Part shown: positions 20,977 through 33,500 of the stretch, piece after piece
Position numbering within the stretch: the stretch's first letter is position 1
Layout of the letters: each line of letters begins with the position of its first letter
Origin: Takakia lepidozioides
Taxonomy: Eukaryota > Plantae > Bryophyta
Assembly (NCBI GenBank): GCA_030704615.1
Contig: CM060732.1
Location: forward strand, 32,364,001 to 32,428,000
Direction of reading: 5' to 3'
Length of the DNA: 64,000 bases
Notes under the pieces: generated by a model
Database searches by the model: none
Told to the model about the DNA's origin: nothing
Seen by the model: only the letters and a program-made list of their open reading frames with translations
Position numbers and translations under genes: made by a program

Positions 20977-23071
20977 ATGGATATCGGTGTAGTGAGGTCT
21001 GTGTATGCGTCTGAATCTTGCATCTGGGGGTTGAGGAATGGTGGGCAGCGCTTGAGTTGCTTTGATAGCGGGAACAATTCCAGGGATGCCATCCGCAAGG
21101 CTCCATCTCCGGTCTCTAGGAGGCAAGAATTTGTGCACGGTCTGAAGGGATTGTCTTTGAATAATTGAATAGCTGGGCAGGTTTGTGGGTTCGGTAGAGA
21201 AATCGAGAGCAGCTCTTGGCGATCCGCTGGTGAGGTAGCGAGAGGGATTACAGCCTGCGCTGGCGTAGGGGCGGTGAGAGCGATGGAGGAGACAGGAAAG
21301 GTCAAGAGGGAAGCTCATTTGCAAGTATTTGAGAATGTGGAGGAACTTGGCATCAGCTTGGCTCAGCACGTGGCTCAATTGTCAGAGGCAGCTGTGCAGA
21401 ATAGAGGCGTCTTCTCCGTTGTACTCTCTGGCGGTTCTCTTATTAAAACCCTAGGGTAAGATCTGTTCTCCTACCCCAATTATCTTGAAATGGACGTTGT
21501 CCTCTTCTGTCAAAATATGTCCGTGGTCTATTTAGATCCATACCTGTGTATGTTTGTTCAATTTCAATGTGTTCGAGAGGGTTGAACACTGCGCTTGTTA
21601 CTCGCATCGAATCATCTCAACTCTACTTGCTCCTCATACATGCGAGTATACATGCAATCTGCATTCACATCCTCGTGATCCTTTATCCATCATCGAGCTT
21701 CTCTATGGGAGCTTTAGTGCAAAAATCCGCTGAAGACGATCGCCAAAGAGTCCTATGGCAACCTGGCAGGGTGAAAATCTGCACAGGGTACCAGCGACCT
21801 TGATTCTTAGAAAGAAGGTAAGATAAGTTCAAACTGTTGTCTATAGATCTCTCCTCAGGTATATGAGGAGTTCAAAATGTTTTCACACTGTCTAGCTTAG
21901 ATGTCACTGAAATTGTCCTAAATTCTGGAGCATTTCTGATCCCAGGAAGTTGTGTGAGCCACCATATCTGGAGAAAGTGGACTGGTCACGCTGGCATGTG
22001 TTTTGGGTTGATGAGCGGGTAGTCAAGAAGGACCATCCTGACAGCAACTACAAGCTTGCCTATGATGGTTTATTGGCCAAGGTAACCACACAAGGCTTCT
22101 TAAGTCCTGCCTCCAGGGGCTCTAGCATATCCTTGCCAATCTAACCTAACAATCTCAAGCTTGTGTATGATACCCTGTTGTGTGAAGGAAGATACTGTTA
22201 TGACATCTCTCCTCTTAGAGAAAAGAATGCTCCTTGAGTTCGTGTTGGAGATCTTTGTCATATGGAGACATTGTCTAGTTATGAATGTTCCAATTTCAAA
22301 GCTCGTACTAGTGTTTTGCCAGTTTATTCTAGATGTGAAAGAACGGAATACCCTGGGTAGATTCTGTGTACATATCTAGGAACAGTGGAGGTTGATTTTA
22401 TGGTGGCCTGGTCCTGGGAGAAAATTCATAGTTGTGTTCATGGTGTTTGTGCCCACACACATAAGAGAAGAGATGTACCAGCGCTTTGCCACAGCCTTGT
22501 CTCATCCATTCTGGGAGAGTGAAGGTCCTGAGGGTGAATGGCGTGGCATAATTTTAGCTATGAATTGACATTGGATACCCTCCAAATGTTGCCCTTGGTG
22601 CAGGTACTTATTCCATCTGGACAAGTCTATGCCATCAATGATGCACTTTCTGCACAGGGCGCTGCAGAGGATTATGAGGTTCAATTAAGACAGCTGGTCA
22701 AAACAAGTATTCTGCCTATGGCAGACACCAATGACTACCCAAGGTTTGATCTCATACTACTGGGTATGGGGCCAGACGGGCATCTTGCGTCTCTATTTCC
22801 CCACCATCCTCTTGTTCACGAGAAGAAACTGTGGGTCACTTCCATCACCGACTCTCCGAAACCACCACCGGAAAGAATCACCTTCACTTTCCCAGTGATA
22901 AACTCAGCAGCAAATGTTAGCTTTGTCGCTACTGGAGAGGGGAAGGCAGATGTGCTCGCAAAAGTGTTTGGAGAAGAATTGCCTTTTGGAACGCTACCTT
23001 CACAGAGTGTCTACCCTGTGAAAGGGAAACTGATTTGGTTTGCTGATAAAGCAGCTACATCAAAGCTGTAG
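20977..23071 (+). CDS. PGL3: 6-phosphogluconolactonase (PGL3-like) copy A, with TGA in the transit-peptide region; catalytic ORF intact from ATG 21283
   Basis: Exons 20977-21455, 21946-22081, 22604-23071; LSGGS, FWVDERVV..SNY, LLGMGPDGH.ASLFP, SPKPPPERIT, C-terminal SKL; stop at 21166-21168. Confidence 0.88.
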
Positions 23072-23326
23072 GAAATGACGGGAGTTGGGGGGTCACTTAT
23101 TCTCTAATTTAAATGCTGTTGCTGTGAGTTGAGTGGACTATTCTGTAGGCTACATTAAAGTTATTCTTCAAATGGTAGAAAAGGACTTGGATATGTTACC
23201 TAAGACAAAATATTGTTAGACTATCATGGCAACATTCTGAAGACTACCTGATTTGCTGATAATGTGCTGTATCACAGCTATATAAAAGATGAGAATGAAT
23301 ACCTATGAGGTTATTGTGGCACCCAC

Positions 23327-24697
23327 CCTGCAAAAGCAAGCATATCCATCTCAAAGCGAAGATGAACTGCTATGAAATGACCCTCTGATCGCAAGCGTGC
23401 CACGATGTTGCTGCTGAGCTCCATCACCTCATCTCGGAATCGCAAAGCATGGAAGTTGACACGGCAGCGCAGTCGCTGATACTCCTGATTATCCAGTTCT
23501 TCAGCCACTCGATGTGAAAAGGGCGTGAGATAGACTGCCCCGTGCTCTTGCATCTTGGCTAGAGCTTCTTCTTTGTACCAGGTTGGGGATGCATCTCGTG
23601 GAGGCCGCAGCTGGAAAAATTCAAAAGACGGATTCGTCATTAAATACACAAGTTTCTGAATCATTTATGCAGCAGTGTACTTGTAGACTTTTGCTACACA
23701 CTTTGAACTTTGACGCTTAACCTCCATATTTCCCATATTTCCCATATTTCCCACAATTGAAAGTAAAAAGGCATTTGTCAGGAAACCTGGTAAGCCTTCA
23801 GCCTCTGTTTTTTCTCTCCAAAGATCACTCCAGAGGGAATACTTCGCACAACTTTCACATCATTTGTGAGAGACTTGATGAAGTGTTCGACGTCGTATAT
23901 TCCTGAAAAACCACAATGGTGCAATCACTAATCAATGCTGGCCATTCCCAGCACTCTGCCAGGCCAAAGAGAAACACTAGTATTTTCATCAATCACACTT
24001 GACTGCATCTAATACTCACCTTTTATCATTCCAGAAGGAATTAGTATCAAGCTCTGGCAATACCAGTGTTGCATTCATGATCCGCACTGCCAGCACTGCA
24101 TTACATACCTGCATCATTTTGCCGAGTCATCCCAATCTATTTGAGATAACTTACTGCAACTACAGTTGTTGATGCACAAATCTCACTCTTCAATCGTAGA
24201 AATTCCTTGCAAAAGAAAGAGAAAGAAAGAAGAAAGAAACTTTATTAAAGAGGGGTGTGGGGGAAGCACACAGGTACAAGAGGAGCAAATCTTTACAAGG
24301 GAGATCTAGTCAGTAATTCACGAGACAAAAGGATGAGACGTACAGCAGTCTGCTGCTGGATGAGTCCACCATTGCATCGAACAACCAAATATCCATTGCT
24401 CCTTACAGGTGGCCCTGCAGAAGGTGGACGAAACCCTGAATTAAAGGGGCCGACAAGCTTGCTGCCTCTTGACACGAGACTCTCACCAATGCAGACCAGT
24501 TCATGGATGCTGCACACAGATATTTCAGCATAAACATAAGTGTACGATCTAAGGGGTTCAGGTGATGTAAGTGATACCGCATTCAGTCATAGCAAGAACC
24601 ATGACCACTACCTACGTGGCCAATCATGGGTTCTAACAGCTGATGTTGCCCGCCAGCCCAAGGATGAAGAGCTACTCCACAGTTTGCTCACATCCAC
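23327..24697 (-). pseudogene. O-fucosyltransferase family gene, 5'/middle exons
   Basis: Exons about 24616-24697 (KLWSS..GWR..DWP), 24343-24414 (NGYLVVRCNGGLIQQQ), 24020-24108 (VCNAV..MNATLVLPEL), 23788-23913 (GIYDVEHFI, acceptor reads TG), 23327-23610 (YQRLRCRVNFHAL..HLRFEMDMLAFAG). Confidence 0.88.
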
Positions 24698-25394
24698 CTG
24701 CACAAATGTAGACCACCTACATCACTTCCCCATACAAATCACATTTCCACAGACTTCTTCCTTAAAATGCAATGGTTCAATCTAGAGTGGCTAAGGCAAC
24801 ATGTCTATGACTTGCCAAACAGAATAATAATCAGTACAGTCACAAGACTATTCCCAAGTCCATCAGCACAATTCCACATGTTTTTTTGGCCAATCACAGC
24901 TGGTGCCTGGAGTACGTCATTAACGCCCTAGGCCGCCATTACAGAAGCCTGCAAGCTACCCTTCTAGAGCTCACCAAGTCTACTGAGGCCATTCCCAAGT
25001 CACAATGATATCAAGAGCACAATTGGTTCAGCCATTTCCCAAAGATTAAACCCACCTTGGACTTCACCACAAGCTTTTCCTCCCTCATCCGAGAGAATAG
25101 AGAAAGAGTGCACAAAAGCAAAATCATGCCTGGCACATAGCGCCGGTTGGCCAGTGCCCTCATTGTGAAAATCCATTGCCACCCTGCTGTCTGACCTCGC
25201 CTGTCCCCTTCCTCTGTGTCCCGTACTTTGGAAGGCCCTCCTCTATGAGTACAAACTCACAGGAAGAAATATAAGTATATTCAAGTTTTATGAGAGACTA
25301 GGCATCATGTTGAAGTCAAGGGAGAAAATGTGGCAAAATGACCTTACACCAAAGGCACTGCTTTCATGCTCCCCAGTTTTCCCGTCCTCTTAAG

Positions 25395-26623
25395 TTATGT
25401 TTTGCCAAAGCAAGAGAGCCCATTGCAATTTGAGGCTTGTGTCATTTGATATGACACTCGTTTTGATGCAACAAGTAGATTTGGATTTATGAAAGTTGTT
25501 TTTGTTGAAGGAGAGCTGTACTCCGCATTTGGGGTGCACAAGGTTCCCATAGGTGTCTCAGGTAGAATGCCTCGTGCAACACATGTTGCGGTGCTAACAA
25601 AGCAGGGTCTATCCCTGGTGTCTGACAGCAGGGCAGCCCAATCTTCTGACTGCATTGGGTCTGACGCATTGCCAATCACCTGACATGTTGACCATGTTCA
25701 CCACTCGGATATCATAGAGACAAGACTGATCTTTAAAGATGGAGCTAACCTTTCAATGTGTTTTAGAGGCTGCAAGTCACTCTTGTGCATCAACGAATAA
25801 TACGTGACAATAGACTGTACATGTTTTCACTAGCCAAACAATATTACACCAAATTACATTACTGGACCCTCTCTGAACTATTGCACTCTCCAAATGAGAG
25901 TGAGCATTCACTGCATATATTCCACATCTTTATGCCCGTACCACACGACATCATTATCACGACAAGCTCCTGGCCTTGGAACGCATCAGCTGTATTAATG
26001 TGAACTCCCTTGCTGGTAGAGTTTGCCCTACCACAGCTACAAACTCTTTCTCCAAGCACGTCAGCTGCTGCTTGTATGGTGTGATGATGCCAACTGACAC
26101 GTTTGCTGAGGGTGCATCGCCTGCTACTCCAGTAAGCACTTTCTGAAAATGCTGGTATAGCCGGATGGCCACTTGAGCCTCCATCTTGTTCTGGAAAGAG
26201 ACCGAGCCACCGTGTGACTCTCGGCCAGGGCTGATGTCAAAAAACAGATATGGCTGCAACAAAGGATCCTGGTGGTAAATTTCGGCAGGAAGCCCTCTAA
26301 CACTCTCACTATCAACCAATTTGCCCTGATAGAAAGAGCGAGATGGAAATTCACGAATTTAAGGATGCATGCGATATACAGAGAGAAGAATTGCGGGACA
26401 CCCTGCTTGCTGAAACCACTCAAACAAGCTACGACTGTATTTCCTTGTGTCAGCAGCCCGGCTGATCACCGTCGCTGACAACTGCTGGGGATCCCCAACA
26501 AGAATACGGCGTGCAGCCCGTAAACTAAGTGGGGGCAACACAAAAACCTCGCTGGCCTGTGCGCCTCATCAATGACCACCATATCAAAACCATGTGTAAG
26601 GGAACTGAAATCTTGTGGCCACT
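25395..26623 (-). pseudogene. SEN1/UPF1-like SF1 helicase C-terminal fragment
   Basis: FDMVVIDEA, LVGDPQQLSATV, YSRSLFE, YRMHP, GIITPYKQQ, NTADAFQGQE, VIGNA..SEDWAAL; frameshifts and a stop; 5' end cut by the MATE-derived copy. Confidence 0.88.
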
Positions 26624-27335
26624 GGAATGGGATGAAGGAGTGAGCTGCCTTGTAAGCTTCATGTCCATACCCCGATATTTGCTTCTAGCCTGAGAGCATA
26701 GCTTGCATCACGGTTGAGTGCCTCGCAAAATTTGTAGCAGCATTGCTGTCTTAAGGTGCTTGATTCTTTTGGCGTTGTACTCTCACGTCTTGAAGTGCCG
26801 CAGCAAGTTGCTGCGTCATTTCTGTCCACGGGAGAGATACAATTTTACCAATCTAGATAGCAGATCTCCAGGAGGCTCTCTTTCGCAGCCACGAGGGGAC
26901 ATCATGACCTGAAGTGTATTGCAATGAAGAGCGGATTGTGTTTGTGATCGAAGGGACTTCAACTCCGGGAGCAGGGTTGAGTTTCATATCTACTCAAGCT
27001 CAGTGCTGCCGATTGGAGTCCTTTTCTGGCTATTGGTGTATTTAGAGGAACGTTTCTCATTGGAGTAAGGATAGGGAGGCCGCACGTTTCTCGATGGGAG
27101 GGGGAGTAGTTCAACTCCTTCAAGCGCCGGGAGTTGTGCATGGAGGAAGGCAAGGAGTGGTTAGCACCGCAGAGAAGAATTTCTCAGTCAGATGCAACGA
27201 CGTATCTCCCAAAGGTTACCAAACAAGGTTCAAGGTGGTCGCATCTCATAATACTTCACGGAAACCTAGAATTCCTGTTCAAAAGGTCCCATCAGTCGCA
27301 ACAACTGCTGGGGCCAGGCTCAGGAACAGACATTT
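26624..27335 (+). repeat. Inverted copy of the MATE upstream region and first ~80 codons
   Basis: Reverse complement of 47491-48215 with one 13-bp deletion. Confidence 0.95.
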
Positions 27336-27537
27336 GTCCTTAGGTAAGACATGTAATAGATGTTTTGAGATGGACCTTGGTGACAATGTTGATTTTGTGG
27401 ATTTGAACAAAGTTGGATATGTTGTAGTGCTCATGGGGTGTTAGACCTACACATAAGTTCTCAGTAAAGTGAGCACTTGCAAAAAGCAATAAAAGCTCAA
27501 TACTTGTCAAGATGAATGCAAAACTTCTCTTTGAATA

Positions 27538-30500
27538 TGATGATGAAACCCTGTAAGACTTTATTTACAACATGTACAATGGGTGAACGCGCATATGATG
27601 TGAAGTTCCCAAAAAAGCGGGGGGAGGAACAAGAAACAAGAGAAAAAAACAAAAAGTTATAGTAAGCTACTCAATCAGCGACGAAAACAAAAGCTATAGT
27701 AAACTACTCAAGCAGAGCAACCCTCCCAGCCAATAGCCTGGAGGAGATCAGGCAAGGAGATAGGCAAAGTGTCAGGCAGAGGCGGAAGACGAGATGATGC
27801 GGAGCTAGCCACATCAGCCCGATGCAAAATAGAGATGGCTTGTGCTCTCTGCAAAGCAACTGAAACACGTTGTTCATAGTAGGCGACAAGGACGGAGCAT
27901 GTGGGATGCCAGTGGACCCGCTCTTGGCTGCATGATGTGCACATGTCTGCAGGAAATCGTCGAAGTGCCGGTGCAATGAGCCAAATATTTCGACCGCCAG
28001 TGGAAGAAATGTGTCGGTGGGGTGACGATCGTTGTAGTCGCGTTCCTTGGCTTGGGCTGCTACAGTGGCTGCCGTGCCTGGTGTGGTAGCTGTGCGAGAT
28101 AGCAGATCCGCTCGAGTGGGGTCGGCGAGAACGACATCTGCTAAGGTACGCAAACCATCTCTAGATAGGACGATGTCAACACGGCGGCGTGTAGAGTGGG
28201 ACGTGAGCGTGGGTCGTAGATGTGGTTGCTCATGCAGTACATGATACCCTGCCTCCCGAGCAATAGATGCCACCGCATCACGAACCATATCATGAGACGC
28301 AGTGCGCTCACCACCACATGGACAGCGGAGGAGATGGATGGCAACACTACAACAGATGAGCGTTTTTATGACTGCACATATGACTATTTTTTCAGTCCTA
28401 TATGCGTTCATGACTACGTCACTCTGCAGTGAAAAAAACCCTGTCATAGCGACTAGTCTTTAGGACTGCGTTTTGCAAGTCATAGCCGTGTCTGCGTGCG
28501 TGGCACGTGGAGTCAAGCTGCAGAGAGCGATGTAATCACAACTATATGATTTATATATGATTAACTATATGACTACATGTCTACAAAGTATATGATTCCA
28601 TTGGAGAGGCTTCAGAGGGACACATGTAGCACTCCAGATGTGACACGTGTCCACATGGACAACATATATGACCTACACGTGAGAAAGAATATCGTATCAT
28701 ATAATGCTATGATGCCATGATGTAGTCATGAGTATATAACTTCATGACTAAAGAGGTTTTTTAATAATATTTTAATTTAATAAATTAAATCATACAATTA
28801 TAATATTTAGATTATTAATTGATTTAAATTCTCATTAGGTTTCTAGGTTCATAGAATGGAAGGCATTGTTGTCTTTTATTTTTTTATTTTTTTTTTTGTT
28901 AACAAAGAGGGACAGTGGGGGGACAGTGGCCTCCATAACTTTATAGGTAATGGACATAAAATGTCCTTGGATACAAAGAGGAAAAAATAACCTCTGGATA
29001 GAGTGCCATAGAGGCTGAAAGAGGAAGACACAGCTTCGCGTACCAAGACAAGAAAGAGTAGTAAGAAGGAAAGCAAGTAAAGAAGGGGGTCTGCATAGAA
29101 CTAAAGAGTCTAGCTGGAAAAGAGACTACAGCCAGAAACTACTGCCATAACTTGGAAACAGAAAGGCACCGAGCTGAGGAGAAGAACTGAAAATCAGCTA
29201 ACACTGTCATAAGAAAGTTGGGCCCTGGCCTTTCACTTCCTAAATGATCTAGAGATGGAGAGACATCCCTGCAGGGGTCGTGCTCTTCAGCTCAAAACCA
29301 ACCAATTGATCATCTACCCATGCAGGTTTCTTGTAGCTATCTTTCCACAGGGAATCATAGGTAATCTGGAGATTGAAATCCGGCCCTCTTGGATGAATCT
29401 GGACCTACACTCTATCCCTGCTCCTTCAGATATCCTTGCCTTTGCACAAATCATGCATACATCATTGCCTTGCTGCTAGCAGCTGACAATGACAGCCTAT
29501 AAATATTCCAACAAACACCCCAACCCTACTTATCACACTAGTTCCTATGCTGACTTGCATCTGCTTCCAACATGAATTCACCTTTTTGCCTGGATTGTTC
29601 CACCATTGACTGGGGTCGGAAACATATTCATTCCAGAGCTTCTCCTCGTCTCTGTTAACAGTTTTTCGATACTTTCCTGTCTCCAAAACCTCCATCCCGC
29701 GCCCTTGCTGTGCATATCGTGCAAGCATCGCGTTCCATGACACCACATCTTGTTCAGCCATAGTGTTGAAGGCTCTCTCCGCATCCTCAATGCTCCCACA
29801 TTTGGCATACATGTCCACGAGGTATTGTTCAAAATCACACATGGTACAATTCCAGCTTTGGTGATGCAACCATGCACCTCTTTGCCCTTTTCCCGGGCTG
29901 CTAGGCTTGCACACGCACTACAAACACACACTAAAATGATGTGGTCGAGCTTCACCCCTTTCCCCATCATTTGCTTATAGGTATCCAAAGCCTCCATCCT
30001 GCTGTGCATACCCTGCAAGCATCGCACTCCACGACACCACATCTCGTTTAGCCATAGTGTTGAACACTCCCTTGACATTGGCATATATGTCCAGAACTAG
30101 GGGAAAGTATTCATTCCATAGCTTCTCCTCATCTCTGTTACCTCTTTTGGATACTTTCATGTTGTCACATTGGCAGTATCATGTCAAAGTCACTCCAAAC
30201 TATCCCAGGTTCACTCAACCAACTAACTTGCAGAATTCAACATGAAAATTTAGGGCCGATTCTGATAAGAGGGAAAAACAGGGTGAAATGTGTTGAAAAA
30301 GGTGCCTTTATTAGCAGACCATTTTCTCGTCACTACAAAACTAGCCATCCAACACCCCGTTGGCATGCTGATAGTTGATCAGGTGAACTGCATTGCAGCC
30401 ATGTTGACTGCAAATGACAACATACAACATGTCTCGGTAGAATTGAAATCAGGCCCTAGATAAGCCTCTGTGTCCTCACCACCAGGTTATCTCAGCAACT

Positions 30501-33500
30501 TCAAACAAGAGACAAGTGCCGAAGCTAGAAAAAACTCATATCCTTGGTCACGAGTCCACAATCTATCCCAACAGAGTTCAAAAAGATATTGATTTAAGTG
30601 CTCTGCACTGTTCACCTTGGCACGGGGGTCATAATTTTTGTAGATGCGGCGGCCAAATCTTGACATCTTCCTTTTCTTGCACACATTAAAACATAAGAGA
30701 GAGAGATTCTCATGCGAAGGGTCCTGCCTCAAACCGCCAGCAACAGCGCAGGCTGTAGGATTTCGAGGATGAGCAGCCATGGCAGCGCGTACAATGCGTA
30801 TTGTACGCGGGACATCCTCCGTATGTGGCTACGCTCACAAGCGTCCCCGAGGAGCTCAGCTTGGTCATAGCAGGCCGTGTTTCAATCTCTGCCTGCTCAA
30901 TTGCACCGTGGTGGTTCGATCTCACATACCAATCCGACATTACCTGACTACAGATATAAGCAGCACACACAAGAGGTCCTTTTGGGTTGATGGTCGGTCA
31001 AATCCTCTATGGGTCATGACACAAGGTAAAAGACAATGTGGTGAGGATACCTTCTTCTTCGACCTATTTCAGCCTGTTTTGCCCTCTCATCAGACTCGGC
31101 CCTGAGATGCATATTGAATTTTGTAAGTTAGCTCGGTGGGTGGATCTGTGGTTGTTTAGAATGACTTTGACAAGTTGCTGCCGATGTGGCAACATGAAAG
31201 TATCCAAAAACAGGTAACAGAGATGAGGAGAAGCTTTGGAATGAACACTTTTCCGACCCCAGTCAATGGCGGGACAATGGAGACAAAAAGGTGAGTGCAT
31301 GTTGGACTACACTAGAGAGAAGTAGATGCAATTTAGAATTAGAACTACTGTAATAATTAGGGTTGGGGTTTGCTGGAAGAACTTCACGCCATCAGTGTCA
31401 GCTGCTAGCAGCAAGTATTCATGATTTGTACACAGACATGGATAGCTGAAGGACCAGGGATAGAGGTCCAGGTTCATCCAAGAGGGCCGGATTTCAAACA
31501 CAATATTAGTTCTGATTCCCTGTGGATCAATAGCTACAAGAAATCTGCCAGAACTAACAGACTGAAAAGACTGAAAAGAAGCTTACCATGATGGTGGAGG
31601 AATGCACAGAATCACGTGAGGATGCTGGAATGTACACATATACATTGGTGCTGTCCATTGCTGTCTACAGATCAACAAGAAAATGCCAAAAGACTCCATG
31701 TGCTATACTCTGATATAATGTGCAAAGATGTTACACAGTTCGAATTGAGCAATGAGACCGTCCTTGGGAGCCCTGCTATGAGCAACACACAATGAGGAGG
31801 TTGAGGCAATAAGGTCGAGTCTGTTTAAGTGTGCCCGAGTAAACAGAAAAGCTTAGGGGTCATACATGCTCAAGCGAGTCCTTGAGACCATTCTCACTTG
31901 AAAAGCTACGCTAACAGGCAGATTGACCAATTTTGCACTCAAAACTTTCTTTCCTAACCTGTGTGACGATGCATTAACTGTGTCTGAATGGCTGCAGGTG
32001 TCATATGTCACAAACCCAAGCATGTATTCCATTGGCTGCCACCACCACACTGCCACAAGTTTACTTGGCAAGTTAGACAAAAGGATTGGCTGATTGTGCA
32101 CTCAAAACTGTCCTAGCCTGTGTGATGATACTTGAAACTGAGTCTGAATGGCTGCAAGAGGCAGATGTCGCAAACTCAAGCATGTCGTCCGATTGGTGGA
32201 TGGCAGAATACAATTTGTACTTCATGGTAGTGCCTTGTGGTGATTATGTATAAAGTAGCCTCACAGCCTAAGTTACTGGGAGGATATTGGTGTCCTTACT
32301 CTACCCAGGTGAAGTAATAGCCATACGTGCACTACATGTCAGTACCTTTTGGTAGCAAGACCGTGTTGAACCCTCGGATAGGTCTTCTGCAACCAATCCT
32401 AAGGAGGAATTTGGCAAACTTTCTATCCTACACGCTGCTGGAACTTTCTTATTCAAAACCTGAAGACTTACATCAGTGCCTTTCCTCATGGCACCGGTTG
32501 AGCATCAGCTGCAGAGCCTGTGCTCCCTCCACTCCGTCAAATGTCACACAGAAAAGCTATCACCAGGCGTCAAACTTGCATTTGAAGGTCCATCTGCGTG
32601 CCCAGAAGGTGCAATATGATGCATGTTGCCACTCGAAAGGATTATTGGCACACTAATCCAAACCATATCCAGCAGATTCACTCTCTGCCACCAGAGCCCC
32701 TCCTGTGCACTAGGAAGACCAGCTGCGTCCCACACCCTTTCTGCCATTGTCTCCACAGCAATTGCAATACCCTTTTCACACTCACCTTTGCCAAGTAGAG
32801 GCCCAATCCTCCTTCTCAGCACTGCTGGCAGCAATGACCCTTGCGAACCCCACACCCTATCCCTATCCAAAGTTGTCTCAAGAGTCCAACCTATCTCCAC
32901 CTCCAGCTTCTTATCTGAGAGCACTAGGAGCAACAACAGGCTGTTACTGCTGGCTTTCTTGTCCATGTTCCAGTAACTATAAAACTTCCCCACAAACACT
33001 GCAGAGGAGACAGCAGGATGGCCAAGTGCCTCCATAGTGACCACAATCACCTCTGTCCCCGTGTGGTAGCGCAGTACATCAATGACCGTGTTGACTCGCT
33101 CCACCAGCCCACGGCTCAACACACCAGCCTGGTCAGATACCCAACGCATCGTCTCCTCTCCTCCTCCTCTTCTCCTTCCTGCATCATTTTCTCAAGAGTA
33201 GGAAGGTCTGCAAAGCCTCCATCCCACGCCCTTGCATACATGACACAACATCAAATAGATGGTGAAATGCAGGAGACAAAAAAGCCTAAGTCCCAGCCCG
33301 ATGTAAAGTTCGGCGGTGTAATCTTAAACCGTTAGATCTTATACAATCTAGACCGTTAGATCCTGTAAAATCTAACGATTCAAAATAATTTCCATCACAT
33401 GATCTAGCCTTGTACAACCATGACCATTGCGTATTTTAATCTCATATATCTTGCGATGCTTGTTAAGCCACGTCCATCCAGGTCCAATTTATTGAACAGA

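Larger units (their letters stand above)
4124..23317 (+). repeat. Segmental duplication, copy A (matches 26914-39582)
   Basis: 4124-13617 aligns to 26914-36389, and 20129-23317 aligns to 36388-39582; the ORF track repeats almost verbatim. Confidence 0.97.

Noticed and set aside
4553-21946. Splicing of the copied MATE transit-peptide exon onto PGL copy A to restore plastid targeting
   Set aside because: The donor is phase 1, while PGL exon 2 needs phase 2 and exon 3 needs phase 0
4117-23314. TTAACCT at the left edge and AGGTTAT at the right edge of copy A as piggyBac-like ends of the whole block
   Set aside because: Only a 6-bp match; the right-hand sequence is ordinary PGL 3' flank also present in copy B, and there is no second TTAA
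23723-23753. (CCATATTTC)3 and the 18-bp tandem at 14761-14796
   Set aside because: Ordinary slippage duplications in non-coding DNA
2334-26623. Helitron capture as the source of the SEN1 and O-fucosyltransferase fragments
   Set aside because: No convincing 5' TC or 3' hairpin-CTRR termini and no RepHel sequence found
4124-26913. Simple head-to-tail tandem duplication of a 22.8-kb unit
   Set aside because: Sequence after PGL differs between the copies, and the O-fucosyltransferase halves flank copy A, which indicates insertion
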